Assembly: GCA_017499595.2 (NCBI GenBank)
Contig: CM039002.1
Span: 1,302,001 to 1,366,000 of the forward strand
Length of the DNA stretch: 64,000 nucleotides
Direction: 5' to 3'
Origin: Psilocybe cubensis
Taxonomy: Eukaryota
Shown here piece after piece: positions 42,787-53,000 of this stretch (the first letter of the stretch is position 1; each line of letters starts with the position of its first letter). The translations under genes were made by a program, and so were the position numbers. The notes beneath the pieces are model-generated. The model was given only the letters and a program-made list of their open reading frames with translations. It did not search any database and was not told the DNA's origin.

Positions 42787-44948
42787 TCACTTGCGCGATA
42801 ATGCATTCTTAGTGAATATCGAATTCACTAGACTAGACGACATAGATCTCTGGGGAACACGCTCATCTTGCTTCAAAGGTGAAAGTACCGACGGTATACC
42901 CAACGCATCGTCGACCTATAGCCAAAAAAAAAGTCCACCCATTATTAATATTACATGCAAAATGTACAGGAAAGAAGCAGAAGCAAATCAGCGCACCTGT
43001 GCCAAATTCAACGTATTAAAAGCGAACGGTCCAACGTTAGCAGCAAGAGGTATAAGTTTCCGTTTCTTTTTCTTCGGAACTTTCTCGTCATCGCCATCAT
43101 CGTCCTCGCCGTCTTTCTCCTCGCGGTCTGTGTCTGCTCGGGATACCGGCTGCTTGCTTCCCGCCCGTCTCGCTTTGTTAGGTTTCGCAGCAGGCGCCTC
43201 CCGCGCTTCACTTGGCGCTCTCGAGCTCTTCTTCGATCCCTTTGGCTTCTCCACAATTTGCGGTATATCTGCGTCATTTTGCTCCGTTGCCTTTCGTTTA
43301 CCCTTGGAATTTCGAGGCACAGCAGCAGCAGTAGCAGCAGCAGCATCTTCATCCTCGGCATGTTCACGTTCGACAGCTTTAGCTTTTCCTTTCCGTTTGG
43401 TGGTAGGAGCAGGCTGTTCCATTTCGTGTTCAGATATTTCGACGATGTCTGGGTCATCATCAGGGGTAGTGGTGGTGGTGGTGGTCGGGGGTTTCTTGCG
43501 ACGAGGTGGCATGCCGCCTGTTGACTTCCTTGCTATCTGCCGTTGATTTTTGCTGGGTTTGTCCTGGTCTTCGCGAGCTTTCGAGCTTGTCGCCTTTGAC
43601 GATGCTTTTTTACTGGCTGCAACGGGCTCCTCTTCTTCGATTTCTTCGATTTCGTCGTCGTCGACTTCCATTGGAGGAGGAGAGGTTGGTTTCCTAGATT
43701 TCTGCTGAAAACGCTAGTTGGTATTTTTGTGATGATTAGAGTAAAAAGACAGCATACGATGGGTGAAGGTCGGATTCGGGATCGTTCTTCTTCAATGTCT
43801 GCCTTGAGTTTCTCATTGGCTTTCTGAAGCTTGGCCATTTGCTTTTTGAGACTCTCATTTTCTTCCTCATGATTATTTGACTGACTCTGTTGACCAATGA
43901 GGACATGTAAGGCATAAACATAACACAATATTACTCACCTCCAATTCTGCCAAGGCATCTTTTGTTCTCTGCAGTCGGTTATGCGCCTTTTCGAGATCTC
44001 GTGCTGCCTTCTCGGTGTCATGTTCATACGCCTCCTTTATTTCGCGGAGCTCCAGTTCGAGTGCCACTATTTGTTTACGTTGTTGCTCAGCGGCTTCGCC
44101 CTCTTTGTTTTCTAGACTCTGCCATCGTTCAAGCTGGTTGGACAGGCTGGCTTTCTCTCGTTTGAGTTCATCAGCGAGGCGGTCGGCATCTGATAGCTTG
44201 TTTTGTAAAGCTTCCATGTTCAACGTTGTTCTCTGAAACTTTGTTTCCAGAGATTTGATCTCGTTCTCGAGAACAGCGTTTTTCGCGGTCAGATCGACGA
44301 CTTCAGCCTATTACAGTGTCAATGAAAGGGCTTGGAAATGGAATGAGAAACATTACCGACATCTTTAGCGTCCCTCTCCTGCTTTGCGATCCTGAGAGCA
44401 TTTCGCACTTCAGCCAACTGGAGTTTATTCGACTCGCGCGTTTCCTTGAGTTTCGCCAGATACGCCGCAGACTTTTCCTTCTCCGCTTGCAGCTCCCTCT
44501 GCATCTCCTCCGCAAACTCCGCCCTCTCCTCCTCCATCTCCTCCACCCTCCTCTCCAACTCCTGCTCGCGCATCTGAAAGCGCGTGATCTTCACATCCCG
44601 CTGGACCCTCAACAGCTTCTCCTCGCGCGTGATCGCCATCTCCCTAATCACCGCCGCGCGCTCCGTCTCGACTTCGACCTGCAGCTTCTTCTGCACGATG
44701 CGGTACGAGCTGAGCACGGCCTCGCAGCCTTCCTTCCACAGCTTTTGGTTCGCGTCCCATTTGGCTTGGATCTCGAGCACGGCGTCCCGTGTGCGCGCTT
44801 GCTCGTGGGAGACTTGGTCGGTGAGCTTTTTGATGGTGTGTTCGAGCGTGCGGTTGCGCTGCACGAGGTCGTCGATTTGCGCTTGGTTGGCGGCTTCGAG
44901 TGACGGAGGGGCTTTGGAGAAGTGGGGTCCTGCGTGCCGGAGGGACAT
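42787..44948 (-). CDS. Long coiled-coil protein with a basic disordered C-terminal half containing an H3-tail-like motif; possibly Mde4/Lrs4 (monopolin)-like
   Basis: Heptad-rich E/K/R exons, then ..QIARKSTGGMPPRRK.., KKKKRKL and LSPLK near the C-terminus. The monopolin resemblance rests only on recalled terminal motifs. Confidence 0.7.
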
Positions 44949-45291
44949 GGTGCAGTGGTGGGGGAGATAGATAATAGGTGGCGCTAGATCCGGGAGGCGC
45001 TTTCAAAGGAGTGAGGTTCGCGCAGAGATTAGTAGAGGCTAGAGTTGAGTTCGGTAAGCTAGATGATTTCCAGAAAAGATATTTCATAAAAGAAAGATAT
45101 GCTATATTTGCTCACAGAGGGTATTATATCCGATATGGAGGAGTATGCATGGAGGTAGCAAGAGAAGCGCGCGTCAACCCTTGTCCGTTCTGAATCGAGG
45201 GTGGAGAAGCAAGCGTGGGAAAGAGGCAATAAAGTCGCACGTGGGCGCGAAACGATTTCCAAACAAACAGAGCCCGCAATCACTGCTGTCC

Positions 45292-47237
45292 ATGGCTCCC
45301 TCCAAACCGGCCAAGAACATATCCCTCAGAGTACCGAGACACAATGCGCAGCGGATCAACGTCAAGCTGTCGGCGGAGGTGCAGAACCAGGCTAGAATGC
45401 AGCGGGTGCTGGTAGACGTCGTCCAGCCGAGCTCGAGGCTGTCGCAGGCCATTGTGTGTAAACTGAGTGTTATCTGTTTTTTTAAGGCGCTGAAATGGGT
45501 ATATCTAGGAAAGCGCATCGGATTGGAATTCATTGCTTATGACAGCTAGAGCCGAACGCGGACCACAATGGGACGTTGGCACACAACAGTCCGTCACCTT
45601 TGCTGCTAAATTGTTATAGTCATATTTCTAACAAACATCCAATATTCAGATTCCTAGTCGACAAATACTCTGATTTATACTATGACCCCACACCTCTGCT
45701 AGAGACAGTTAAAAAGTTGACAGAAGACGAGCACGGACCTGAATCAGGCTTGCAGAGCCAACAACAGCACCAGCACCAGCAACACCAGCATCAGCAGTCG
45801 CACCGCGACCACCGGGAGCACCAGCTTCCATCGCACCATCCTCCGCACGCGCCGTCCTCCTTCCAGCCCTCCCTCCCACCTCGGCACCAAACGCCGATGC
45901 GGGACAGAGACTTTGGGATGGCGCAGCACATGGCGCGGGACCAGTCCCCGCACCGACATCCAGGCGGCGGCGGTGGTGGTGGTGGTGGAGGAGGCCCCGG
46001 TGGCCCTGCGCAGGGGAACTACCCATACCCGCCAGGGATGAACATGCGTGGGCCGTCGAGCGGTGGGTTCCCTGGTGGAGGAGGACCATCGGGCGGCTCT
46101 CCGTTCAACCCAGCGGCGAATAGGTATATGGCGGCGGATCCTACGACACCAATACGCGGAGGAAGTGGGATGGGGATCTCGTCTCCTATAGGTGGTGATG
46201 GTATGCGACCTAACATGGGTGGTGGAGGAATGGGAGGAATGGGAGGAGGAATGGGACCTGCAGGGATGGGAGGGGGGATGGGAGGAGGAATGGGACCAAG
46301 TGGCATGGGAGGTATGGGAGGGGGCATGGGAGGAGTTGGCATGGGAGGTGGTGGTATGGGCGCAGGCGGCATGGGAGGCGGCGGTATGGGATCAGGCGGC
46401 ATGGGAGGCGGCGGGATGGGATCAGGGGGTATGGGTGGTGGGGGAATGGCAGGAGGTGGTATGGGCAACATGGGAGGAGGAATGGGCAACATCAGTGGAG
46501 GAGGCATGGGCAATATGGGGGTAGCAGGAATGGGCAACATGGGCGGAGCTGGAGGTATGGGCAATATCGGCGGCGGCGGCGGCGGGATGGGGAATATTTC
46601 AGGGGGCGGGATGGGTCCTATGGCCGGAGGGATGGGCAACATGTCAGGCGGAGGAATGGGCAACATCGGTCCCATGGGTGGAGGCGGCATGATGAATATG
46701 GGAGGTGGTATGCCCAATATGGCCGATCGAACAATGGCTGGTATGGGTGCAAACACCATGGGAGGAGGCGGCGGCATGGGTGGTATGGGCGGCATGGGCA
46801 TGGGCGGTATGGACGGCGCAGGGATGGGCAACATGGGCGGAGGTATGGGTGGCGGCATGGGCGGAAGCGGCGGCATGAACGCAGGCATGGGCACCGGTGT
46901 GGGTCCCATGGGCGTCGGCATGGGCGTCGGTATGAACTCGGGCATGGGAGGCATCAACTCGGGCATGGGCGGGATGGGCGGCGGGATGGGCGGGATGAAC
47001 GCTGGGATGGGCGGGATGAGTGCTGGGATGGGAGGCATGAACCCCGGGATGGGCGGCGGCGGGATGAACGCAGGCGTCGGCGGGATGGGCATGGGTGTCG
47101 GCGGGATGGGCATGGGCGGGATGGGAGGCGGGATGGGCATGGACCACGCGAACCCGATGGCTGCAGGCAACATGGGGATGGGCATGAACATGTCTCCGAG
47201 GGGGATGAACAGAGGCATGCCAGACGGTTACAACTGA
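45292..47237 (+). CDS. Protein with a ~100-aa N-terminal domain, a Q/H tract and a very long Gly/Met low-complexity domain
   Basis: Spliced N-terminus MAPSKPAKNISLRVP..SQAIV|SRAERGPQWDVGTQ|QFLVDKYSDLYYDPTPLLE. The open last exon to TGA 47237 is dominated by GGM/GMG repeats with varied codons. Confidence 0.8.
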
Positions 47238-47299
47238 TACATAATCGATATACCCTTCATTATTCCCCCTCTTTTTATTTTATTTTCGCTAATGTACTC

Positions 47300-50150
47300 A
47301 TGTATATCCTCTACTGCAGCTATCCTGTCTCTTTCATATCTCCTGATCTTCTTGTTTTTCTTTTCTTTTTACCACTTACCCAACCAAAAAAAAGTGTAAA
47401 CAAATCGCGCGCGCAACTTAAGTATCACACAGAGATGTAGAGGAGAAAAAAAGCTGCTCATGGGTGCGTTAAAAACCCACTGGGAAAAGTATAAAAACCC
47501 AATGGGAAAAGCTACCAAGGCAGGGACATGACAGACAAAAAAATCCACCGAGATCCTCAACATCAACAGAAGCAGAACTGAATCCCATTCCTCCCACTTC
47601 CATCCACACAAGGTCGGGGTGTCGAACGGAGGGTGGTAAATTGTCGAGTCGAGTCGAGTCGAGTAAGCGAGTTTCTTCGTCCTCCAAATCAACATGCCCA
47701 TCCATCCCGCCAATGCCAATGCCAATGCCAATGCCAAACCATCCCACTACAACCCAGCCCAACACCAAGGAAACAAAAAGTAAAAACAAAACAACAAACA
47801 ACGTACAAACTACCGAAAAAATCATCGTATATCTTGAGGAGATCCTTGGGTGCGTCAGCGTCAGCGTCAATTTTGCTTTTTTTTCTTCTCATTTCATTCT
47901 TTTTCTTTCGGGTTTTCTCGTAGATCTCTCAGTGTAGCACACAATGAACGATATTTCGAATAAAACTCAGCGGATTTGTCGCAGGTGTCAGCCCAGAAAA
48001 ATGACAACCCATCATCGCCTAGCCGCGCCGTAACAGCCAGAGAAGTCAAAGTCGAACACACGTCCTCGCCGTTCTCGGTGCCACGGCGCATCTACACGAG
48101 ACAGGTGCCGTAGGCTTGGGGATGGGGGATTTCATTCACTAAAAGCGCAGTTCGTCAGATTATATATGGGGTGAGGAGGATTGAAGCTGGAGTGTTACGC
48201 ACCGTATGTTGAAGAGCCTCTTGTATGGCTGTCGGATCGTCAAAAATTAAAAAGCAAAAAGCGAAAAAGAGAAAAAACTCAAAAAACGTCGAAGGAGGAT
48301 ACGCGGCACCAGAACCAGAACCAGCACCAGAAGAAGAACCAGAAAAAGAACCCAAAGGAACTCAGAGACTCAAGAGGTTGATAATGGAGTCGTTGCAGTC
48401 TTTTCTTTCTAGGCGTTGTCGTTGTCGTTGTCGTCGTTGTGGATGTCGTCGTCGTCGTCGTTGCGGATGATGCTCTCACTCATTCTCTCACTCATTCGCA
48501 ATCTCACTCACTCACTCACACCAAAGACTCATCGAACAAAAAAAAAACCTATATCCAAAAAAAGCAAAATCAGAATCCAGATTCCAAAACGAGGCCTCCT
48601 TAAAACAAAGAGAAAGCAAGAAAGCAAGAAAAAAGCGAGAAGGGAAGGAGGGAAGGAAGAAAGAAAGAAAGAAAGCCACGTACATGAAACGCTCACCGGT
48701 CTTGCGTGGCGTTTATCTTTTTCCTTTTTCGTTTTTCGTTTGTGTCTGCGTGTCTGCGTGGCAGTGATATGGCTCTATCATCAAAGGTAAAAAAGCGCGT
48801 ACACCAACGAGAACAAGAATGAGAAAGACGGAAGATGGAGGAGCGTACCTTTCGAGGCATATGTGCCAGCGGCTCCCCATGGGGAATATGTTCGTTTGTT
48901 TTTTTTTTGGTTTCGGTTTTTTTTGTTTCTGATTTTGGTTTTGGTTCCTCTTCGTCATCGTTTTTTTTTCCTTGTTTTTTTTGGCTTGTTGGTGTCGCGT
49001 TTCTCTTGATCTTGATCTTGCTTTGTTCCTTTTCGCTTCTTTTCGCTTCGTTTCGTTTCGTGGTGTGCTAAAATCTTGAAGGCAGTGATATGACTCTACA
49101 TTCCCATCGCATCGAAAGACATCAGCACAGCGACAACAAAACCTTCAAAAAAAGAAAAGAAAAGAAAAGAAAAGGAAAAAACAGAAAAACGAAAACGAAG
49201 AAAAACGAAGAAAAGCAGAAAAACAGAAAAGAGAAAAGGGAAAAAACGAAAAACGAAAAAAGAAGAAAAAACTCGCCATAGAGTCATATATGCCATCTGT
49301 CCTCCTCCGTTTCATTTTTCAGTTTTATTTTTTAATTCGTTTGTTTGTTTGTTTGCTTGCTTGCTTTATGTTTTCCTTTTGGTTTCTCGTTTCTCGTTTC
49401 TTTTTTCTTGATCTGTTTCGTTGTCGTCCTCGCTTTTTTTTCGTTTCGTTTTATCTTGATCCTCATATTCCGCCTTATCAATCCCCATCTCCTTTATTAT
49501 TATTATTTTTCTTGATGTTTCATCCGTTTATCTTTTATCTTGACGTTCACATTTTATATTTGCTGGGCTACAACACAAGAAACCCACGCGTCAGACACCC
49601 AGAAAACACAACACAAAGTAAGAAAAGGAAAGGACACATACAAAGAGAGAGAGAGGGCCATGTCAGTGGTATGTAGAAACGACGACGCACTGTATCATGA
49701 TGATCGATAGACGTCAGCCATCTAGTATGGACAAGGGCTAGGTAGCCAGCAGAAGACGTACCTTCCGTATTCTTATTCCGTATCATTCGTCTTCGATTGT
49801 GTGTATGTGGAACCCTTTCTCTTGTTTCTATTGAGCGATGTTGTCGTTATTATTATTATTATTATTGTTGTTGGCGATGTCGATGTCGATGTCGATGTCG
49901 AGGTCCATGGCGATGTCGAAGTCGAGTACGATATCGCCTTTACCCAAAACCCACCAACGCCCAAGGACACAAACAAGGCGACACCGAAATGCCACCCCGC
50001 CCACGCCCCAAAGCAAAGGCAAGCAAAGAGTAAAGTGAAAGGCCAACCCCCGCCCTACTAGGTACAAGGCGGGAGAAGAAAAGAAAAAGAAACGTAGAAC
50101 GTAGAAGGTGGAAGGTAGGAAGAAGGGGAAGAGTTGTGAAGAAAGAAGAA
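47300..50150 (-). ncRNA. Candidate long structured non-coding RNA (ends approximate)
   Basis: TATATAAA at 50169-50176 (-) followed by a CT-rich tract. Intron 49690-49761 (GTACGT..GCTGAC..CAG). Minus-strand G-U hairpin at 49938-50035, duplicated stems at 48759-48868 and 49081-49294, and no credible ORF. Confidence 0.55.
47640..49900. repeat. Dense microsatellites and A-rich/T-rich tracts
   Basis: (GAGTC)n near 47646-47664, (CAATGC)n near 47711-47736, (CGATGT)n near 49875-49900, (TAT)n near 49848-49866, and alternating A-rich and T-rich blocks at 48540-49560. Confidence 0.85.
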
Positions 50151-50168
50151 ATGACAGAGGAAGGGGGG

Positions 50169-50176
50169 TTTATATA
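50169..50176 (-). promoter_or_regulatory. TATA box
   Basis: TATATAAA on the minus strand, followed by a pyrimidine-rich initiation-like tract. Confidence 0.6.
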
Positions 50177-50704
50177 CACCTGTGGCTGACTGCTGATCGT
50201 AATCCTGTATATCTGTATATCTCATTTGGGAGGCTGAGGCTTGAGGCGTGAGGCGTGAGGCTGACTCGGTCGTGCATACACACACACAACATACACACAA
50301 AAGTTATTTTTGGAAATGTGTGGCACACAAACCGGCAAAGTCGGGTCCAAGACCAATGCCGTCGCGATGTCGGATTTCGAATGCGTCCGGGATTAGAACT
50401 GGTTAATGGAGGGGGGTAAAAATCATTGAAGTTTGACCTGTTGAACTCGCTCGTTCAAAATTGGAATAAAAGGACACTGTAACTTTCGGAGGGCGCGTAT
50501 GGCTTGATCTTGATCGCGGCACGACAGGATCGCAACGTGCTTCCATGTTCAAAGAATCAATCTAGGAAATACAGAAATAAATAAACAATATAAAATTTTG
50601 ATTAGCATTGTGTGGGGGTTTGATACAAGTGAGTGAGTAGGGGGGTTAGATGCACGAGTTAAATAGCCCGATTAGTAGGGAGGAAGAAATGGTAAGTTGT
50701 GTGT

Positions 50705-52106
50705 CTAGACGTGGGCGGGTTTTGCTTTTTCTTCGGTTTCAGGGTCGACCAGCATATGCCATAGTTCAGGCCCGTCGCGGATTAAAGCCTTGTTGGGGAC
50801 GGACGGACGGACGTCAGCTAGCGAATAAAAAAGGCCAACGAGGGTGGCTTACAATGACAACTTCAACAGCAATGAGAGCAATGATAATAAGTTCCATCGA
50901 GTGCGTTGATGACTGGCAAAATAAAGTTGTTCAAAGGCTGTCTTTACACCTAGAAAAAAGGTGTACACACCTCGGTCAGCAATTGACGAAGCATCGATTG
51001 AGCTTCAGCCGCATAAGTAATCTTGTCATTGAAGGATGCGGTTCGCGACGTGACTTCCAGCGCATCACTCAAAGACTTGAAGTGAGCTGTAAATTTCAAA
51101 ATAAGCATTCACATCCAAGAATAATCGTCCGTGCAAGCTCTACCTTCCAACTCGGGCTCCGACCAATAAAAGTCTGGTACTTCGGTAAAGTTCTCCCTGT
51201 TAAGATTCAAAAGCTGCCTAAACTTCATGAGTTCGCCGAGTTTCTTGATAAGCTGTGTGCGCCCCATGCCAGGTTTGCCTGTCTGCGCCAGAGTATGTGG
51301 AAGCAATGCCATAGAGCTCAGATACTGGTCCAGAGACACCTCCAGCGCTGAGAGCGCCGTCGAACGAGAAAGGGCCTGGGAGAACGCGTATCGGGCCAGA
51401 AGAGTCTCCTCCGGGAATGCCATGGGAGGAAGAACCTTGGGCAGCAATTCAGGCTCGTTAAGTGGTTCAGCCTGGCCGAGGATAATCAAGTCTCCCTGCA
51501 ATCTCGTTTTTCTAGTAAACACGTTCAGCACACATCCTGAAAATAACAGTACACAGACACGCACTCGATAGGATCCACCACGAATTCCAATTCCTCAGTT
51601 TCCGGTTCTCCCAAGGGAGAGACTTCCATGCCTCTAGCGCGGTCAATCACGTCGCTGACGAATGTCTTCGCCTCCGTCTCTCCAAGTCCCCAACACACAA
51701 TATTGCCGTTCGAAAATACAAAGATCTCGCCTTCTTTCCCTGCTTCGCCCCATTTCGGAATCCACCAAGACTCGTGCAGCGCCTGAGACCGAGCAGGCAG
51801 GTCGGGATGAGAACGGAGACGCGAGAGGATATATCGTTCCGCAGTGGCGAGAGTCGTGACGGGTTGTATGGTACCCCTCGTTGGTGTTGGATTTGAGCGA
51901 ATAGGCAACGACTCGGAAGCTGAACGGCGTAGAGGTGTTGTCGACTTTGGTTTAGCCTTACCGTCAGACAAAGGATTCGCGGACGCAGCAGCAGGCTTTT
52001 TCGCGGAATAGCATCGTGTAGAAACCCATTGAGGAGAGAAAATAGCTCTGGTCAAACTTTGACCAAATCTTGGAATACTTGTGGAAGAAAGCCTAAGAGA
52101 AGCCAT
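50705..52106 (-). CDS. DUF155 protein of the RMND1/Sif2/Rmd family, probably mitochondrial (Mrx10-like)
   Basis: Presequence-like N-terminus, GEIFVFSNGNIVCWG, AFSQALSRSTALSALE, PDFYWSEPELE, INDKITYA and a C-terminal TM segment MELIIIALIAVEV. Confidence 0.87.
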
Positions 52107-52289
52107 AACAAATTGGCCGGAACGAGATTGATTATATCATTACCCAGCCGAGCCGTGATGTCGTCTCACTCCGGCGACCCGTCTGCATTACACTACAAAA
52201 TGTAAGTAACTCAGACAATTCACACAAATAATAGGCGTCTCAAACCAAGTAAAATTTTTGTTCTACTCGATACATGTACGTAAAATTGG

Positions 52290-53000
52290 CCTAGTACATG
52301 GGAGACACCAGATGACCTGGGGTAATTGATTTGAATATTCTGGAATCCACACCATGATGGACAGTCGGCCCATACAACAATCCTCTGCTTTCACATCCCA
52401 GTCTCGACGCCGCAAAGGCCCGGACAAGAGTCGTCAACAACTGCAATGGCGCGGATATCCTTTCCGCCCACCAGGCTTTGCGCCCTTTCCCCCTTCCGAC
52501 ACTCGAGCACACTGAGGACCAAAGCCACAAGTGATACCTTGTATGCCCCGCTGGAGCACCACGTGAAAAACTAGATCCATTCATCAGACCAGGCATCGCA
52601 GGAATGATTAGAAAACCAACTAACCCCAGCCGAAACGCCTAAACAGGCGTCTCCATGAAGCCACTAGTCTCATCGAGACCAGCGGACACAGGATACCGAT
52701 AGTAACAAAAGACGATAGTAAAACGGGGACTAAATCCTTCAAAGGCGATATGAGTAAATACAATAAAAAGCAGTAAGACTGGAGATACGAACCAAAAATC
52801 CATCAACCAGCTAGGGATGCCGACAATTCCCTTAGCTTTACTGTGATGACATAGAAACGATTATCCGACACTAGGACTTCGACTCATAACGATCGGGAGA
52901 ACACCATACTGATACCTCTGTGAAAGAAAAGATCAGGAAAGCGATTAGACGATGTGGGGGATAACATACTCAGACATGGTGGGGTTTACGACCAAAGAAT
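52290..53000 (-). ncRNA. Candidate short spliced structured RNA or micropeptide gene (ends approximate)
   Basis: TATATAAA at 53021-53028 (-). Three canonical-looking introns (52918-52969, 52841-52909, 52737-52792). Only tiny ORFs from ATG 52977. G-U-containing hairpins at 52661-52685 and 52632-52653. Confidence 0.45.

Noticed and set aside
46019-47218. 399-aa Pro/Met/Ile-rich minus-strand ORF
   Set aside because: It is the antisense shadow of the GGN/ATG-rich coding strand, which rarely produces stop codons.
47300-50150. Telomerase RNA identity for the candidate lncRNA
   Set aside because: Size, intron and the U-tract/splice-site end are suggestive, but I found no CCCTAA/TAACCC-type template on the minus strand. 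It would only be viable if this species has a non-TTAGGG telomere repeat.
47369-50300. Many 60-130 aa ORFs on both strands
   Set aside because: They are translations of microsatellites and A/T tracts (poly-F, poly-K, dipeptide repeats), mostly with non-ATG starts and no domain signal.
52582-52588. CUGAUGA on the minus strand as a hammerhead core or C box
   Set aside because: No stem II followed by GAAA, and no suitably placed D box downstream.
52730-52977. MSDIN-type toxin or pheromone precursor for the tiny ORF
   Set aside because: No MSDIN..LP leader and follower pattern, and no C-terminal CaaX in any splice variant.
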